From: Deltaproteobacteria bacterium
GTDB lineage: Bacteria; Desulfobacterota; Desulfomonilia; UBA1062
Length of the DNA: 64,000 nucleotides
Assembly (NCBI GenBank): GCA_011046135.1
Contig: DSBG01000091.1
Location: forward strand, 12,265-76,264
Direction of reading: 5' to 3'
The notes under the pieces were generated by a model that was given only the letters and a program-made list of their open reading frames with translations, was not told where the DNA came from and ran no database searches. Positions 8,791-17,352 of this stretch are shown piece after piece; the first letter of the stretch is position 1; every line of letters begins with the position of its first letter. Position numbers and translations under genes: made by a program.

Positions 8791-10058
8791 CTCTCGCGAA
8801 AGACGGTTTGCCCCTCCACGATGGTCTGTATCACCATCCCGGTGAAGCGCTGACCGAGAAAAGGAGAGTTCTTCGACTTTGATCTGATGCATTCTTCGGT
8901 GAAAACCCACTGACGCTGCGGGTCTATGATGGTGATGTCAGCCCGGGATCCCGGCGTGAGGTTCCCTCCGTCTATTCCAAGAATCCGAGCGGGATTGCAC
9001 GTCACTGCACCTAAGACTCCAAGGAGACCCTTGTCGTTCTCGAAGTGAATTTTCAGGAGAGCTGGAAGCAGGGTCTGCAGACCGATAACTCCGAAGGGCG
9101 CCAGGTCAAAATCGAGGTTTTTCTCATCCCTCGCGTGGGGGGCATGGTCTGTGGCAACACAGTCAATAATACCGTGTAAAAGACCCTCTACAAGGGCTTT
9201 CCTGTCCTCCTCGGTCCTCAGTGGAGGGTACATCTTCATGTTGGTGTCATAGGTTTTCACGCCTTCTTCTGTGAGCAGGAGGTGATGTGGGGTGACATCA
9301 CAGGTAACCGGTATACCCTGCTCCTTGGCCCGGGAGACGAGTTCAAGGCTTGTTTTCGTTGAGAGGTGGGTCAGATGGATGGGCACTCTGGTATCTCTCG
9401 ACAGGAGGAGATCACGCGAAACCATGATCTCTTCTGAAACACCTGGAATCCCGGAAAGCCCCAGTCCGGAAGACAAGGCTCCTTCGTTCATGACGCCCGA
9501 TACGCTCAGTGGCCTGTCCTGGCAGTGGGAGAGAAGGGGGAGGCCGAAGGTGGAGGCATAGAAGAGGGCGCTGCGCATCAGGGAGGCGTCCTCCACAGGA
9601 TTACCATCGTCGGAAACCGCGACAATTCCCGCCTCTTTCATGAGCCCCATCTCCGAGAGCTCTTGACCCATGAGCGCCTTGCTCACGGCACCGACGGGCA
9701 TGATCCTCACCAAGGCAACACTCTTTGCCCGATCTATGATGTACTTGGTCACCGAGGGATTGTCATTGACAGGATCCGTGTTCGCCATGCACACCATCGT
9801 AGTCACTCCTCCTGCGGCCGCAGCGAGGCTCCCCGAGGCGATGTCTTCCTTGTATTCGAACCCCGGATCTCTGAGGTGGACGTGCATATCTATGAGGCCC
9901 GGAAGAACCCATTTTCCCTGGGCATCGATGCTCTCGGCATCGGTATCGGGAGACCCCCCCGGATAGATCCCCGCGATCCTGCCGTGTGAAACATGTATAT
10001 CACCCATGGTGTCTATCCCGTTTTCCGGGTCCAGAATGCGTGCGCCCTTAATCCACAT
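8787..10058 (-). CDS. pyrC: dihydroorotase
   Basis: 423 aa with LPGLIDMHVHLRDPG and DHAPH metal-binding motifs. It overlaps pyrB. Confidence 0.9.
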   Translation of the reverse strand: MWIKGARILDPENGIDTMGDIHVSHGRIAGIYPGGSPDTDAESIDAQGKWVLPGLIDMHVHLRDPGFEYKEDIASGSLAAAAGGVTTMVCMANTDPVNDNPSVTKYIIDRAKSVALVRIMPVGAVSKALMGQELSEMGLMKEAGIVAVSDDGNPVEDASLMRSALFYASTFGLPLLSHCQDRPLSVSGVMNEGALSSGLGLSGIPGVSEEIMVSRDLLLSRDTRVPIHLTHLSTKTSLELVSRAKEQGIPVTCDVTPHHLLLTEEGVKTYDTNMKMYPPLRTEEDRKALVEGLLHGIIDCVATDHAPHARDEKNLDFDLAPFGVIGLQTLLPALLKIHFENDKGLLGVLGAVTCNPARILGIDGGNLTPGSRADITIIDPQRQWVFTEECIRSKSKNSPFLGQRFTGMVIQTIVEGQTVFRES

Positions 10059-10980
10059 GGAGGCTCCCTCCCAGAGACAGATAGAGAAGCGTCATTCTCA
10101 CCGCCACGCCATTTTCAACCTGATTGAGGATGAGTGACCGTGCTGAATCTGCGGCATCATGGGTAATTTCCACTCCGCGGTTCATCGGACCGGGATGCAT
10201 GATCGCTGCATCAGAGTTCATCATGTCCACCCTGTGCTTGTTGAGTCCATAGAAAAAGGAGTACTCTCGTTCATCGGAGAAAAACTGCTGGTTGAGCCGT
10301 TCCTTCTGGACTCTGAGCATCATGATCACGTCTGCTTCCGGAATGACGGAATCGAAATCAGTGGCGATATCGACCCCCCATGTCTCAATACCGGGGGGCA
10401 GAAGGGTCTTCGGTGCAACGATGCTGACGTGAGCACCCATCTTCCTCAGGCCGTAGACATTCGACCGGGCTACCCGGGAATGGAAGATGTCTCCCACGAT
10501 GACCACCCTGAGTCCTTCGATGGTACCGAAGCGTTCCTGCATGGAATACATGTCCAGCAGGGCCTGGGTAGGGTGCTCGTGGTAGCCGTCGCCGGCATTG
10601 ATGATGGAACAGGGAAGCTCTCGTGCCAGTTTCTGAGGGATTCCCGCATAGGGATACCGGATCACGATGCAGTCAGGTGCCATGGCCATGACATTCAGCG
10701 CTGCATCCATGATCGTCTCACCCTTGGAAAACGATGATCCCGAGGCGGACAGCGATGTGGTATCAGCGCTCAGGCGCTTGGCCGCGATCTCGAAAGAAAG
10801 CCGCGTCCTGGTGCTGGGTTCATAGAACAGCAGCACCACGGTCTTGCCCCGAAGCGTGGGAACCTTTTTGATGTCACGCTTGGATATTTCCTTGAAGGAG
10901 GTTGTCATCTCCAGGATGGTAATAATTTCTTCTTTGCTCAGGTCCTGGATGCCGATGAGGTCCTTTCGGGGCCAGTTCAT
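10048..10980 (-). CDS. pyrB: aspartate carbamoyltransferase catalytic subunit
   Basis: 310 aa with the STRTR carbamoyl-phosphate motif and an HPxQ...HPGP layout. Confidence 0.9.
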   Translation of the reverse strand: MNWPRKDLIGIQDLSKEEIITILEMTTSFKEISKRDIKKVPTLRGKTVVLLFYEPSTRTRLSFEIAAKRLSADTTSLSASGSSFSKGETIMDAALNVMAMAPDCIVIRYPYAGIPQKLARELPCSIINAGDGYHEHPTQALLDMYSMQERFGTIEGLRVVIVGDIFHSRVARSNVYGLRKMGAHVSIVAPKTLLPPGIETWGVDIATDFDSVIPEADVIMMLRVQKERLNQQFFSDEREYSFFYGLNKHRVDMMNSDAAIMHPGPMNRGVEITHDAADSARSLILNQVENGVAVRMTLLYLSLGGSLHVD

Positions 10981-11513
10981 GCCTTCACCTCTGTGATCAC
11001 CACCCCGTTAAAAGAGGCGCCGTCGTCAGAGACATCGAGCTTGATGATCTGTTTGTCGGGAAGCTCGATGTGTTTTCCCACAAAATCCGCCTGGATGGGA
11101 AGTTCTCTGCCCCCCCGATCAAACAGGACCATGAGGTAGATCCTCCGAGGTCGCCCGAGATCCACGATCTGGTCGATGGCGGCCCGTACCGAACGCCCGG
11201 TATGGAGAACATCGTCCACTAGGATGATATCTTTGTCATCCACGGAAAACGGGATATCCGTACTCCTCACTTCGGGATAAAACCGTCGTTTGGAAATGTC
11301 ATCCCTGTAGAGGGTGATATCCAAGACACCCAGGGGGACAGCATTGCCAGTTTTTTCTCTGATCAAGCCCACCAATGCCCGAGCGATAAACTCTCCGCCA
11401 CTGCGGACACCGATGAATGCCACATCTTTCCAGGCGCTGAATGTCCCGGTGAGTTTCTCCGAAAGGGAGTCGAGAAGACCCACGATATCGGATGGGTGTC
11501 CCTGTTTGATCAT
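10977..11513 (-). CDS. pyrR: bifunctional pyr operon regulator / uracil phosphoribosyltransferase PyrR
   Basis: 178 aa with the PRTase motif ILVDDVLHTGRSVRAA. It overlaps pyrB by 4 nt. Confidence 0.9.
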   Translation of the reverse strand: MIKQGHPSDIVGLLDSLSEKLTGTFSAWKDVAFIGVRSGGEFIARALVGLIREKTGNAVPLGVLDITLYRDDISKRRFYPEVRSTDIPFSVDDKDIILVDDVLHTGRSVRAAIDQIVDLGRPRRIYLMVLFDRGGRELPIQADFVGKHIELPDKQIIKLDVSDDGASFNGVVITEVKA

Positions 11514-11522
11514 GTTCTTCTC

Positions 11523-12146
11523 CTAGCGGATCAGATTGCCGATCCTCTCGAACCGGATCCATGGTTTGGAGCTGGTCCAGGAAAAGTAGATGATAAAAGC
11601 CTTGCCTTTGATATATTCCAGGGGAACCTGGCCCCAAAATCTGCTGTCATAGCTCTGGTCTCGATTATCTCCCATGACAAAAACATGCCCCGGCTTCACC
11701 GTGACAGGACCATAATTATCCCGCACCTTTCCCTGGCCCTGGTTCAGAACAAAGGGATCGGTATATTTCTCGCTCCCTGTCTTGTAGGGCAGCCCATCGA
11801 TATAGACCTGCTTGTCCCTGATCTCGATGGTTTCATCCGGCAGAGCGATCACCCGCTTGACAAAATCCATGGAGTGGTTCACCGGGAAGGTGAAGATGAT
11901 GATATCACCACGATTGGGGACCTTGTCTGCGCCCCAGAGTTTCTTGGTTGTAAAAGGAATGGTCAGCCCGTAGGTATACTTGGTTGCCAGGAGATGATCT
12001 CCCTTCAGAAGGGTGTCCTCCATGGACGAAGAAGGAATCCTGTAGGCCTGAAGAACGAATGCCCTGATGATCATTGCTATGATGAAGGCGACGATCAGCG
12101 CCTCAACCCAATCGCGTGCGACGCTCTTTTTTCTTTCCCTGCTCAA
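11523..12146 (-). CDS. lepB: signal peptidase I
   Basis: 207 aa with an N-terminal transmembrane segment, the SSSMEDTL serine box, and GDNRDQSYDSRFWG. Confidence 0.9.
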   Translation of the reverse strand: MSRERKKSVARDWVEALIVAFIIAMIIRAFVLQAYRIPSSSMEDTLLKGDHLLATKYTYGLTIPFTTKKLWGADKVPNRGDIIIFTFPVNHSMDFVKRVIALPDETIEIRDKQVYIDGLPYKTGSEKYTDPFVLNQGQGKVRDNYGPVTVKPGHVFVMGDNRDQSYDSRFWGQVPLEYIKGKAFIIYFSWTSSKPWIRFERIGNLIR

Positions 12147-12266
12147 GCGCAGCTCCTTTCCTGAGTTTGTCCTGTCATCGTCGGGAGAGACCTTCTATTT
12201 CCCCTTGTCCTCGAGGTCCCTTGTAGCATCTCAGCATGGTATTGTATACGGGATTCCCTTCGTGCT

Positions 12267-13148
12267 CTATGCCTGGCTTGTCTTCCTCGACTGAACAAGA
12301 TAGTGTTGCACGTATTTTTCGAGGGAGATCTGCCACAACGGCATGAGTTTGCCTGTTATTTCAGTGAATTTTTTAGTGGAAAGAATGCTGTTTGCCGGTC
12401 TTTTTGCCGGGCGCGGAAACTCCTGAGAGGAGACCGGAACGACCTCGGTATCCAGTTCGGCGAACTCCACGGCCTTTTTTGCGAGATCGTACCATGTAGC
12501 CCTTCCCCTGTTGCACAGGTGATAGGTTCCCCGTGCATCGAGTTCAACGAGCATCATCATGGCCTTGGCAAGATCATTGGCATATGTGGGAGAACCCCAC
12601 TGATCGTTCACCACGTGGATCTTCTCGTGGTTTCGTGCAATTTCAATGATCGTTGCAACGAAATTGTGTCCGTGAATCCCGAAAAGCCATTGCGGCCTTA
12701 CGATAATGTACTCTCTGGTTCCGGTCCTGACGGCATATTCCCCAGCCAGCTTGCTCCTGCCGTAGGCATTGATGGGATGCGGCAGATCATGTTCACTGTA
12801 GGGGTCGTTTTTTGTCCCATCGAACACGTAGTCGGTACTGACGTGGAGGAGAGATACACCGAAGCGAGAGCAGGCCTGCGCCAGGTATTCTGGTCCCTGG
12901 GCATTGAGGGAAAAGGCCTGGTCTTCATGGTCTTCACACGCATCCACGTTGGTGTAGGCAGCACAGTTAATCAGCCAGTCAGGACGTTCAGAAATCAAAG
13001 CCTTTCTGATGGCAGTTGGTTCCGTTATATCGAGATAGGTTCCTTCAGGCATGATGTCTGCGGCGATAACATCATGCCCTGCTTTCTCGAAGACACGAAC
13101 GACTTCGTGCCCCAGCATTCCCTGCGCCCCGGTTACGAGAATCCTCAT
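12267..13148 (-). CDS. rmlD: dTDP-4-dehydrorhamnose reductase
   Basis: 293 aa with the MRILVTGAQGMLG Rossmann motif and the RmlD layout. It overlaps rmlB by 4 nt. Confidence 0.85.
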   Translation of the reverse strand: MRILVTGAQGMLGHEVVRVFEKAGHDVIAADIMPEGTYLDITEPTAIRKALISERPDWLINCAAYTNVDACEDHEDQAFSLNAQGPEYLAQACSRFGVSLLHVSTDYVFDGTKNDPYSEHDLPHPINAYGRSKLAGEYAVRTGTREYIIVRPQWLFGIHGHNFVATIIEIARNHEKIHVVNDQWGSPTYANDLAKAMMMLVELDARGTYHLCNRGRATWYDLAKKAVEFAELDTEVVPVSSQEFPRPAKRPANSILSTKKFTEITGKLMPLWQISLEKYVQHYLVQSRKTSQA

Positions 13149-14182
13149 CGTGAGCCGTACATCCTCTCGTAGTAGCGGCTGTACTCACCCGAGAGTATCC
13201 TCTCCCACCAGGACTCGTGGGAAAGGTACCAATCGATTGTCGAATGAATCCCCTGTTCGAAATCAATCTCAGGCCGCCACCCCAGTGTGGTTGAAATTTT
13301 CGTGAAATCCATTGCATACCGGAAATCATGCCCTGGCCTGTCCTTGACATAGCCGATGAGCTCTTCTCCTTTTCCCATGTGGCGAAGGATCATGCGGACA
13401 ATCTCAATATTCTCTTTCTCCGCATTGCCGCCCATGTTGTAACATTCCCCAGGCTCCCCCTTTTCCGCAACAACGATGATGCCTCTGCAGTGATCCTCCA
13501 CATGAATCCAGTCTCGCACGTTTTTCCCATCGCCATATACCGGGAGTTTTCTCCCCCGAGAGGCATTCACCACCATGAGCGGGATGAGTTTCTCGGGAAA
13601 CTGATAGGGACCGTAGTTGTTGGAGCATCGGGTAATCACCGCATCCAGGCCATAGGTTTTGATGTATGCCCTCACCATCAGGTCGGCTGCTGCCTTTGTC
13701 GCGGAGTACGGACTGTTGGGGGCCATGGGAAGATCCTCTGTAAATCTCCCGTCCTGACCGAGGCTTCCATACACCTCATCGGTGGATATCTGCACAAAGC
13801 GCTGTACCTGATGCTTGATGCATGCGTCGAGCAGCACCTGAACCCCGAGGACATTGGTTCGAACAAAGATGCTTGAAGACTCTATACTCCTGTCGACGTG
13901 CGATTCTGCTGCAAGATTGAGCACCAGATCGAACCCATGCTGGGAAAAGAGCTCTTCCATTTTCTGGGCATCGGCGATATCCGCCCTCACGAGACTGTAA
14001 CGGGAGGGATACCTCTTTTCGAGATCCACGGTATTTTCAATGTTTCCGGCGTAGGTCAGAAGATCAACGTTGACGACCTGCCAGGAAGGCCGGTGTTCCA
14101 GAATAAAGCGCAGGAGATTCGTGCCGATGAATCCACACCCGCCGGTAAGGAGTACGCGTGTGAACTTCTTGTCGCGACCCAT
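13145..14182 (-). CDS. rmlB: dTDP-glucose 4,6-dehydratase
   Basis: 345 aa with the GGCGFIG and YSATKAA short-chain dehydratase motifs. Confidence 0.9.
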   Translation of the reverse strand: MGRDKKFTRVLLTGGCGFIGTNLLRFILEHRPSWQVVNVDLLTYAGNIENTVDLEKRYPSRYSLVRADIADAQKMEELFSQHGFDLVLNLAAESHVDRSIESSSIFVRTNVLGVQVLLDACIKHQVQRFVQISTDEVYGSLGQDGRFTEDLPMAPNSPYSATKAAADLMVRAYIKTYGLDAVITRCSNNYGPYQFPEKLIPLMVVNASRGRKLPVYGDGKNVRDWIHVEDHCRGIIVVAEKGEPGECYNMGGNAEKENIEIVRMILRHMGKGEELIGYVKDRPGHDFRYAMDFTKISTTLGWRPEIDFEQGIHSTIDWYLSHESWWERILSGEYSRYYERMYGSR

Positions 14183-14185
14183 TTC

Positions 14186-14923
14186 TCAAAACTCCTGCAT
14201 CTTGTTTGCACCGGTGGAAGCGACAAGGGTGCTCGCGCGCAGCAGACTTTCTATTGTCCCCGCGTCGGTCCACCAGCCCTTGAGGATGGAACATTCCATC
14301 GTTCCCGCTTCGATATAGGCATTGTTCACGTCCGTGATCTCAAGTTCCCCTCTTTCTGACGGCCTCAGCCCAGAGATGATGTCAAAGACGCGGGAATCGT
14401 ACATATAGATCCCGATCACAGCGTAGGAACTCTTTGGTTTCTTTGGTTTTTCCTCGATGCGCACGATCCTGTCTCCCTCAAAGACAGGAACCCCGAATCG
14501 CTCAGGATCACTGACCTCTTTGAGCATGATCCTCGCTCCGCCGCCCTGCTCGCGGAATGCGTTGGCGGCCTCGATGATAGTACCCTCGATGATGTTGTCT
14601 CCAAGGACCACACAGATCGGCATCCCTTCTGCAAAAGATTCGGCCAAGCCCAGAGCCTCTGCGATCCCACCTTCCCCCTCCTGATAGGCATAGTGTATAC
14701 GGCTGAGCCCGAATTCCTTTCCGTTGCCGAGCAGACGGAGAAAGTCCCCCGCGCCATTGCCGCCCGTGACCACCATGATCTCTTTGATTCCCGCGATCGT
14801 AAGCGCTTCGATCGGGTAGTAGATCATGGGTTTGTCATATACGGGAAGCAGGTGCTTGTTCGTAACCTTTGTGAGCGGATACAGACGAGACCCCAGGCCT
14901 CCTGCTAAAACCACACCCTTCAT
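14186..14923 (-). CDS. rmlA: glucose-1-phosphate thymidylyltransferase
   Basis: The start was reset to the ATG at 14923 (MKGVVLAGGLGSRLYPLT) with a GAGGGGGG RBS. The longer ORF begins inside that RBS. Confidence 0.85.
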   Translation of the reverse strand: MKGVVLAGGLGSRLYPLTKVTNKHLLPVYDKPMIYYPIEALTIAGIKEIMVVTGGNGAGDFLRLLGNGKEFGLSRIHYAYQEGEGGIAEALGLAESFAEGMPICVVLGDNIIEGTIIEAANAFREQGGGARIMLKEVSDPERFGVPVFEGDRIVRIEEKPKKPKSSYAVIGIYMYDSRVFDIISGLRPSERGELEITDVNNAYIEAGTMECSILKGWWTDAGTIESLLRASTLVASTGANKMQEF

Positions 14924-14939
14924 GACGTCCCCCCTCTTC

Positions 14940-15683
14940 CTAATACTCCACACCCAACAGATACAGCCCCTCGGGAGGTGCCGTGGGCCCTGCGTAGCGG
15001 CGATCTTTCTTCTCCAGAATCACCCCCACATCTTCGGGGAGCAAGATTCCAGTGCCTACCATCAGCAGTGTGCCGACTATGTTCCTTACCATATGTCGCA
15101 GAAATCCGCTACCTTGGATACGATAAAAAATCCTTTGTCCCCTGGCAGAGATCTCCGAAACCCGAACATCCCTGATGCTGGTTATCACCGAGGAACCTGC
15201 TGCCTGAAACGAGCGGAAATCCCTCTGTCCGGTCAGGAGGACAGCAGCATCCTGCATGGAAGCGATGTCAAGAGATTGGCGCACATGGAGAACATACCGG
15301 GAGAGTAAGGGGCTGAATACCTCCGAAGTATCAATAATGTAGACATACGTCTTCGACTTAGCCATGATTCTCGCATGAAAATCGGGGGGCTGTTCTTCTC
15401 CTGATACAACGGCGACGTCCCGCGGCAGCGCAGCGTTTGCCGCCCGGAGCAGCCCTTCCATGGGAATGGGGTTCGAGGTGTGCACGTTGATCACCTGGTG
15501 GAGTGCATGAACCCCACTATCAGTTCGCCCTGCTGCGATGACGCGAACCTCATGGCAGAGAATCTTTTTCAGCGCCGATTCACAGGTGTCCTGCACCGTT
15601 CTCACGCCCGGCTGGGTCTGCCATCCCATGAAGGATGATCCGTCATAGGCAAGGACGAGTTTGAGGTTTCTCGATTCGGGCAT
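14940..15683 (-). CDS. truA: tRNA pseudouridine(38-40) synthase TruA
   Basis: RTDSGVH catalytic Asp motif. The start is set to the ATG at 15683 by alignment with the TruA N-terminus; the track ORF begins at a TTG at 15725. Confidence 0.85.
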   Translation of the reverse strand: MPESRNLKLVLAYDGSSFMGWQTQPGVRTVQDTCESALKKILCHEVRVIAAGRTDSGVHALHQVINVHTSNPIPMEGLLRAANAALPRDVAVVSGEEQPPDFHARIMAKSKTYVYIIDTSEVFSPLLSRYVLHVRQSLDIASMQDAAVLLTGQRDFRSFQAAGSSVITSIRDVRVSEISARGQRIFYRIQGSGFLRHMVRNIVGTLLMVGTGILLPEDVGVILEKKDRRYAGPTAPPEGLYLLGVEY

Positions 15684-15726
15684 TTTTTTTGCATGAGAGT
15701 ATAGTAAATTCATTTGAGGAGGCAAT

Positions 15727-16090
15727 GGAAAAGATGTTTTTTATTGGTCCACCCATCCAGCACGTCGCAACACAGGGTCTTCATCTCTCCTGCAGAATTG
15801 GAGAATCAACACTGGATGGGAGATTGAAGGAGATCTCCCGCAGTGAATTCTGCATGGAAGTTCCCTCCACCCGCGTAAAAACCTGCCTCCTGGAAATGAT
15901 CCACGCACCGGTACTCCTCGAAATCGAACAGGTACTCCTGTCTGGATCCATTTTGTGGTACACCATTGAAGGCGCGTCGTACTTTATTGGCATTCGCGTC
16001 AAAAAAGACCACAGGGCGGCATGGAGAAAGCTCCTCTTGGATAAGAGCAGGTGGGGATTTCACGCCTCTGCAGGTGCAGCCTCAGCGTGA
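15727..16090 (+). CDS. small hypothetical protein (121 aa)
   Basis: There is an ATG at 15727 preceded by a strong GAGGAGG RBS with 5-nt spacing. It lies between two minus-strand genes, and its 3' end overlaps the peptidase stop region by 31 nt. I recognise no motif. Confidence 0.45.
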
Positions 16091-17352
16091 GCGTAGTCTT
16101 TGAAAAGACCCTGCATCTCATCCTGGGTAATCCTTCCCAGAGATACAAGCGTCAGATGATCCCGCTTAAAGATATCCTTCGCAAGATCAACGATAGCATC
16201 GAGTGTCACTGCCTGGATGTGTTCAATGACTTCTTCGACAGGAACCTCCCTGTTGTAGTACATCTCGTTCTTTGCCATGGATGACATTCTGTTTACGGAA
16301 CTTTCCCTCGAAAGAAGGAGGTTTCCTTTGATCTGTGCTTTTACGTCATCCACGCTGATCTCTCCCAGATCCCCCTTGCTGATCCTGGTCATCTGAGCTT
16401 TGATTACCTCGAGGGTTTTACCCACATTCTCAGGAGTGGTCGCAGCGTAGAGGGCGAGAACCCCACAATCTCGGTAAGCGCTGAGATAGGAATAGATGGA
16501 GTAGACCAGACCAAGATTCTCCCTGGCCTCTTGGAAAAGAAGCGAACTCATGCTCCCGCCGAGCAAGGTATTGAGCACAATGTAGGTCCATCTCCTCTCA
16601 TCGCTCATCTCTGATCCCTTGGTACCCAGCATGAGGTGTACCTGCTCGATATCCCTGTAATATGCCTTGTGAAATCCGCAAACCTCCTCCGACGATGGCG
16701 TTATCTTTTCCCCCTCTGTGTGAGAGGCCGTACCTTCAAAGAGCGGGGCGGCTAAATCGACGAGCCTCTCGTGTTCAACATTGCCGGCCGAAGCGATAAT
16801 AATCGTCTGCGGATCGTAGCTCTCCTTGAGAAAAGCGAGAATCCGTTCCCGGGTGAGTCCTTTCACTGTGTCCACGTTTCCGAGGATGGAGGTTTCCAGA
16901 GGGGTATCACGGAAAAATGCCGCAGTAAAAAGATCTGTTATATAATCTTCAGGGGTATCCTCAGTCATGCGAATTTCCTGAAGCACCACATTTTTCTCTT
17001 TTTCAAGCTCTTCTGAGCTGATTTCGGCATTGAGAAACAGATCGAACAGGATGTCCGCGGCTTTGGGGAAATGTTCATCCAGCACCCTGGTATAATAGAC
17101 CGTATATTCCTTTGCGGTCTGGGCATTTAAATGCCCCCCCAAGGCGTCGATTTCTCTGGCGATCTGCTTTGCGCTGCGTGTAGGCGTGCCCTTAAACAGC
17201 ATGTGTTCGGTGAAATGAGCGATACCAAGTTCTCCGGGAGGATCGTTTCTCGACCCGACATTTACCCATACGCCGAGAGAAACCGATCGGAACTCCGGCA
17301 TGTTTTCCGTGATGATCCGAACACCGTTAGGCAGGATGGTGCATCTCATCAT
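16060..17352 (-). CDS. M16 family zinc peptidase (pitrilysin-like)
   Basis: 430 aa with the inverted zinc motif HFTEHMLFKGT (HxxEH). Confidence 0.85.
   Translation of the reverse strand: MMRCTILPNGVRIITENMPEFRSVSLGVWVNVGSRNDPPGELGIAHFTEHMLFKGTPTRSAKQIAREIDALGGHLNAQTAKEYTVYYTRVLDEHFPKAADILFDLFLNAEISSEELEKEKNVVLQEIRMTEDTPEDYITDLFTAAFFRDTPLETSILGNVDTVKGLTRERILAFLKESYDPQTIIIASAGNVEHERLVDLAAPLFEGTASHTEGEKITPSSEEVCGFHKAYYRDIEQVHLMLGTKGSEMSDERRWTYIVLNTLLGGSMSSLLFQEARENLGLVYSIYSYLSAYRDCGVLALYAATTPENVGKTLEVIKAQMTRISKGDLGEISVDDVKAQIKGNLLLSRESSVNRMSSMAKNEMYYNREVPVEEVIEHIQAVTLDAIVDLAKDIFKRDHLTLVSLGRITQDEMQGLFKDYAHAEAAPAEA

Noticed and set aside
15781-16063. PilZ assignment for the small protein at 15727..16090
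   Set aside because: The RxxxR and DxSxxG motifs are not both present in the correct order and spacing
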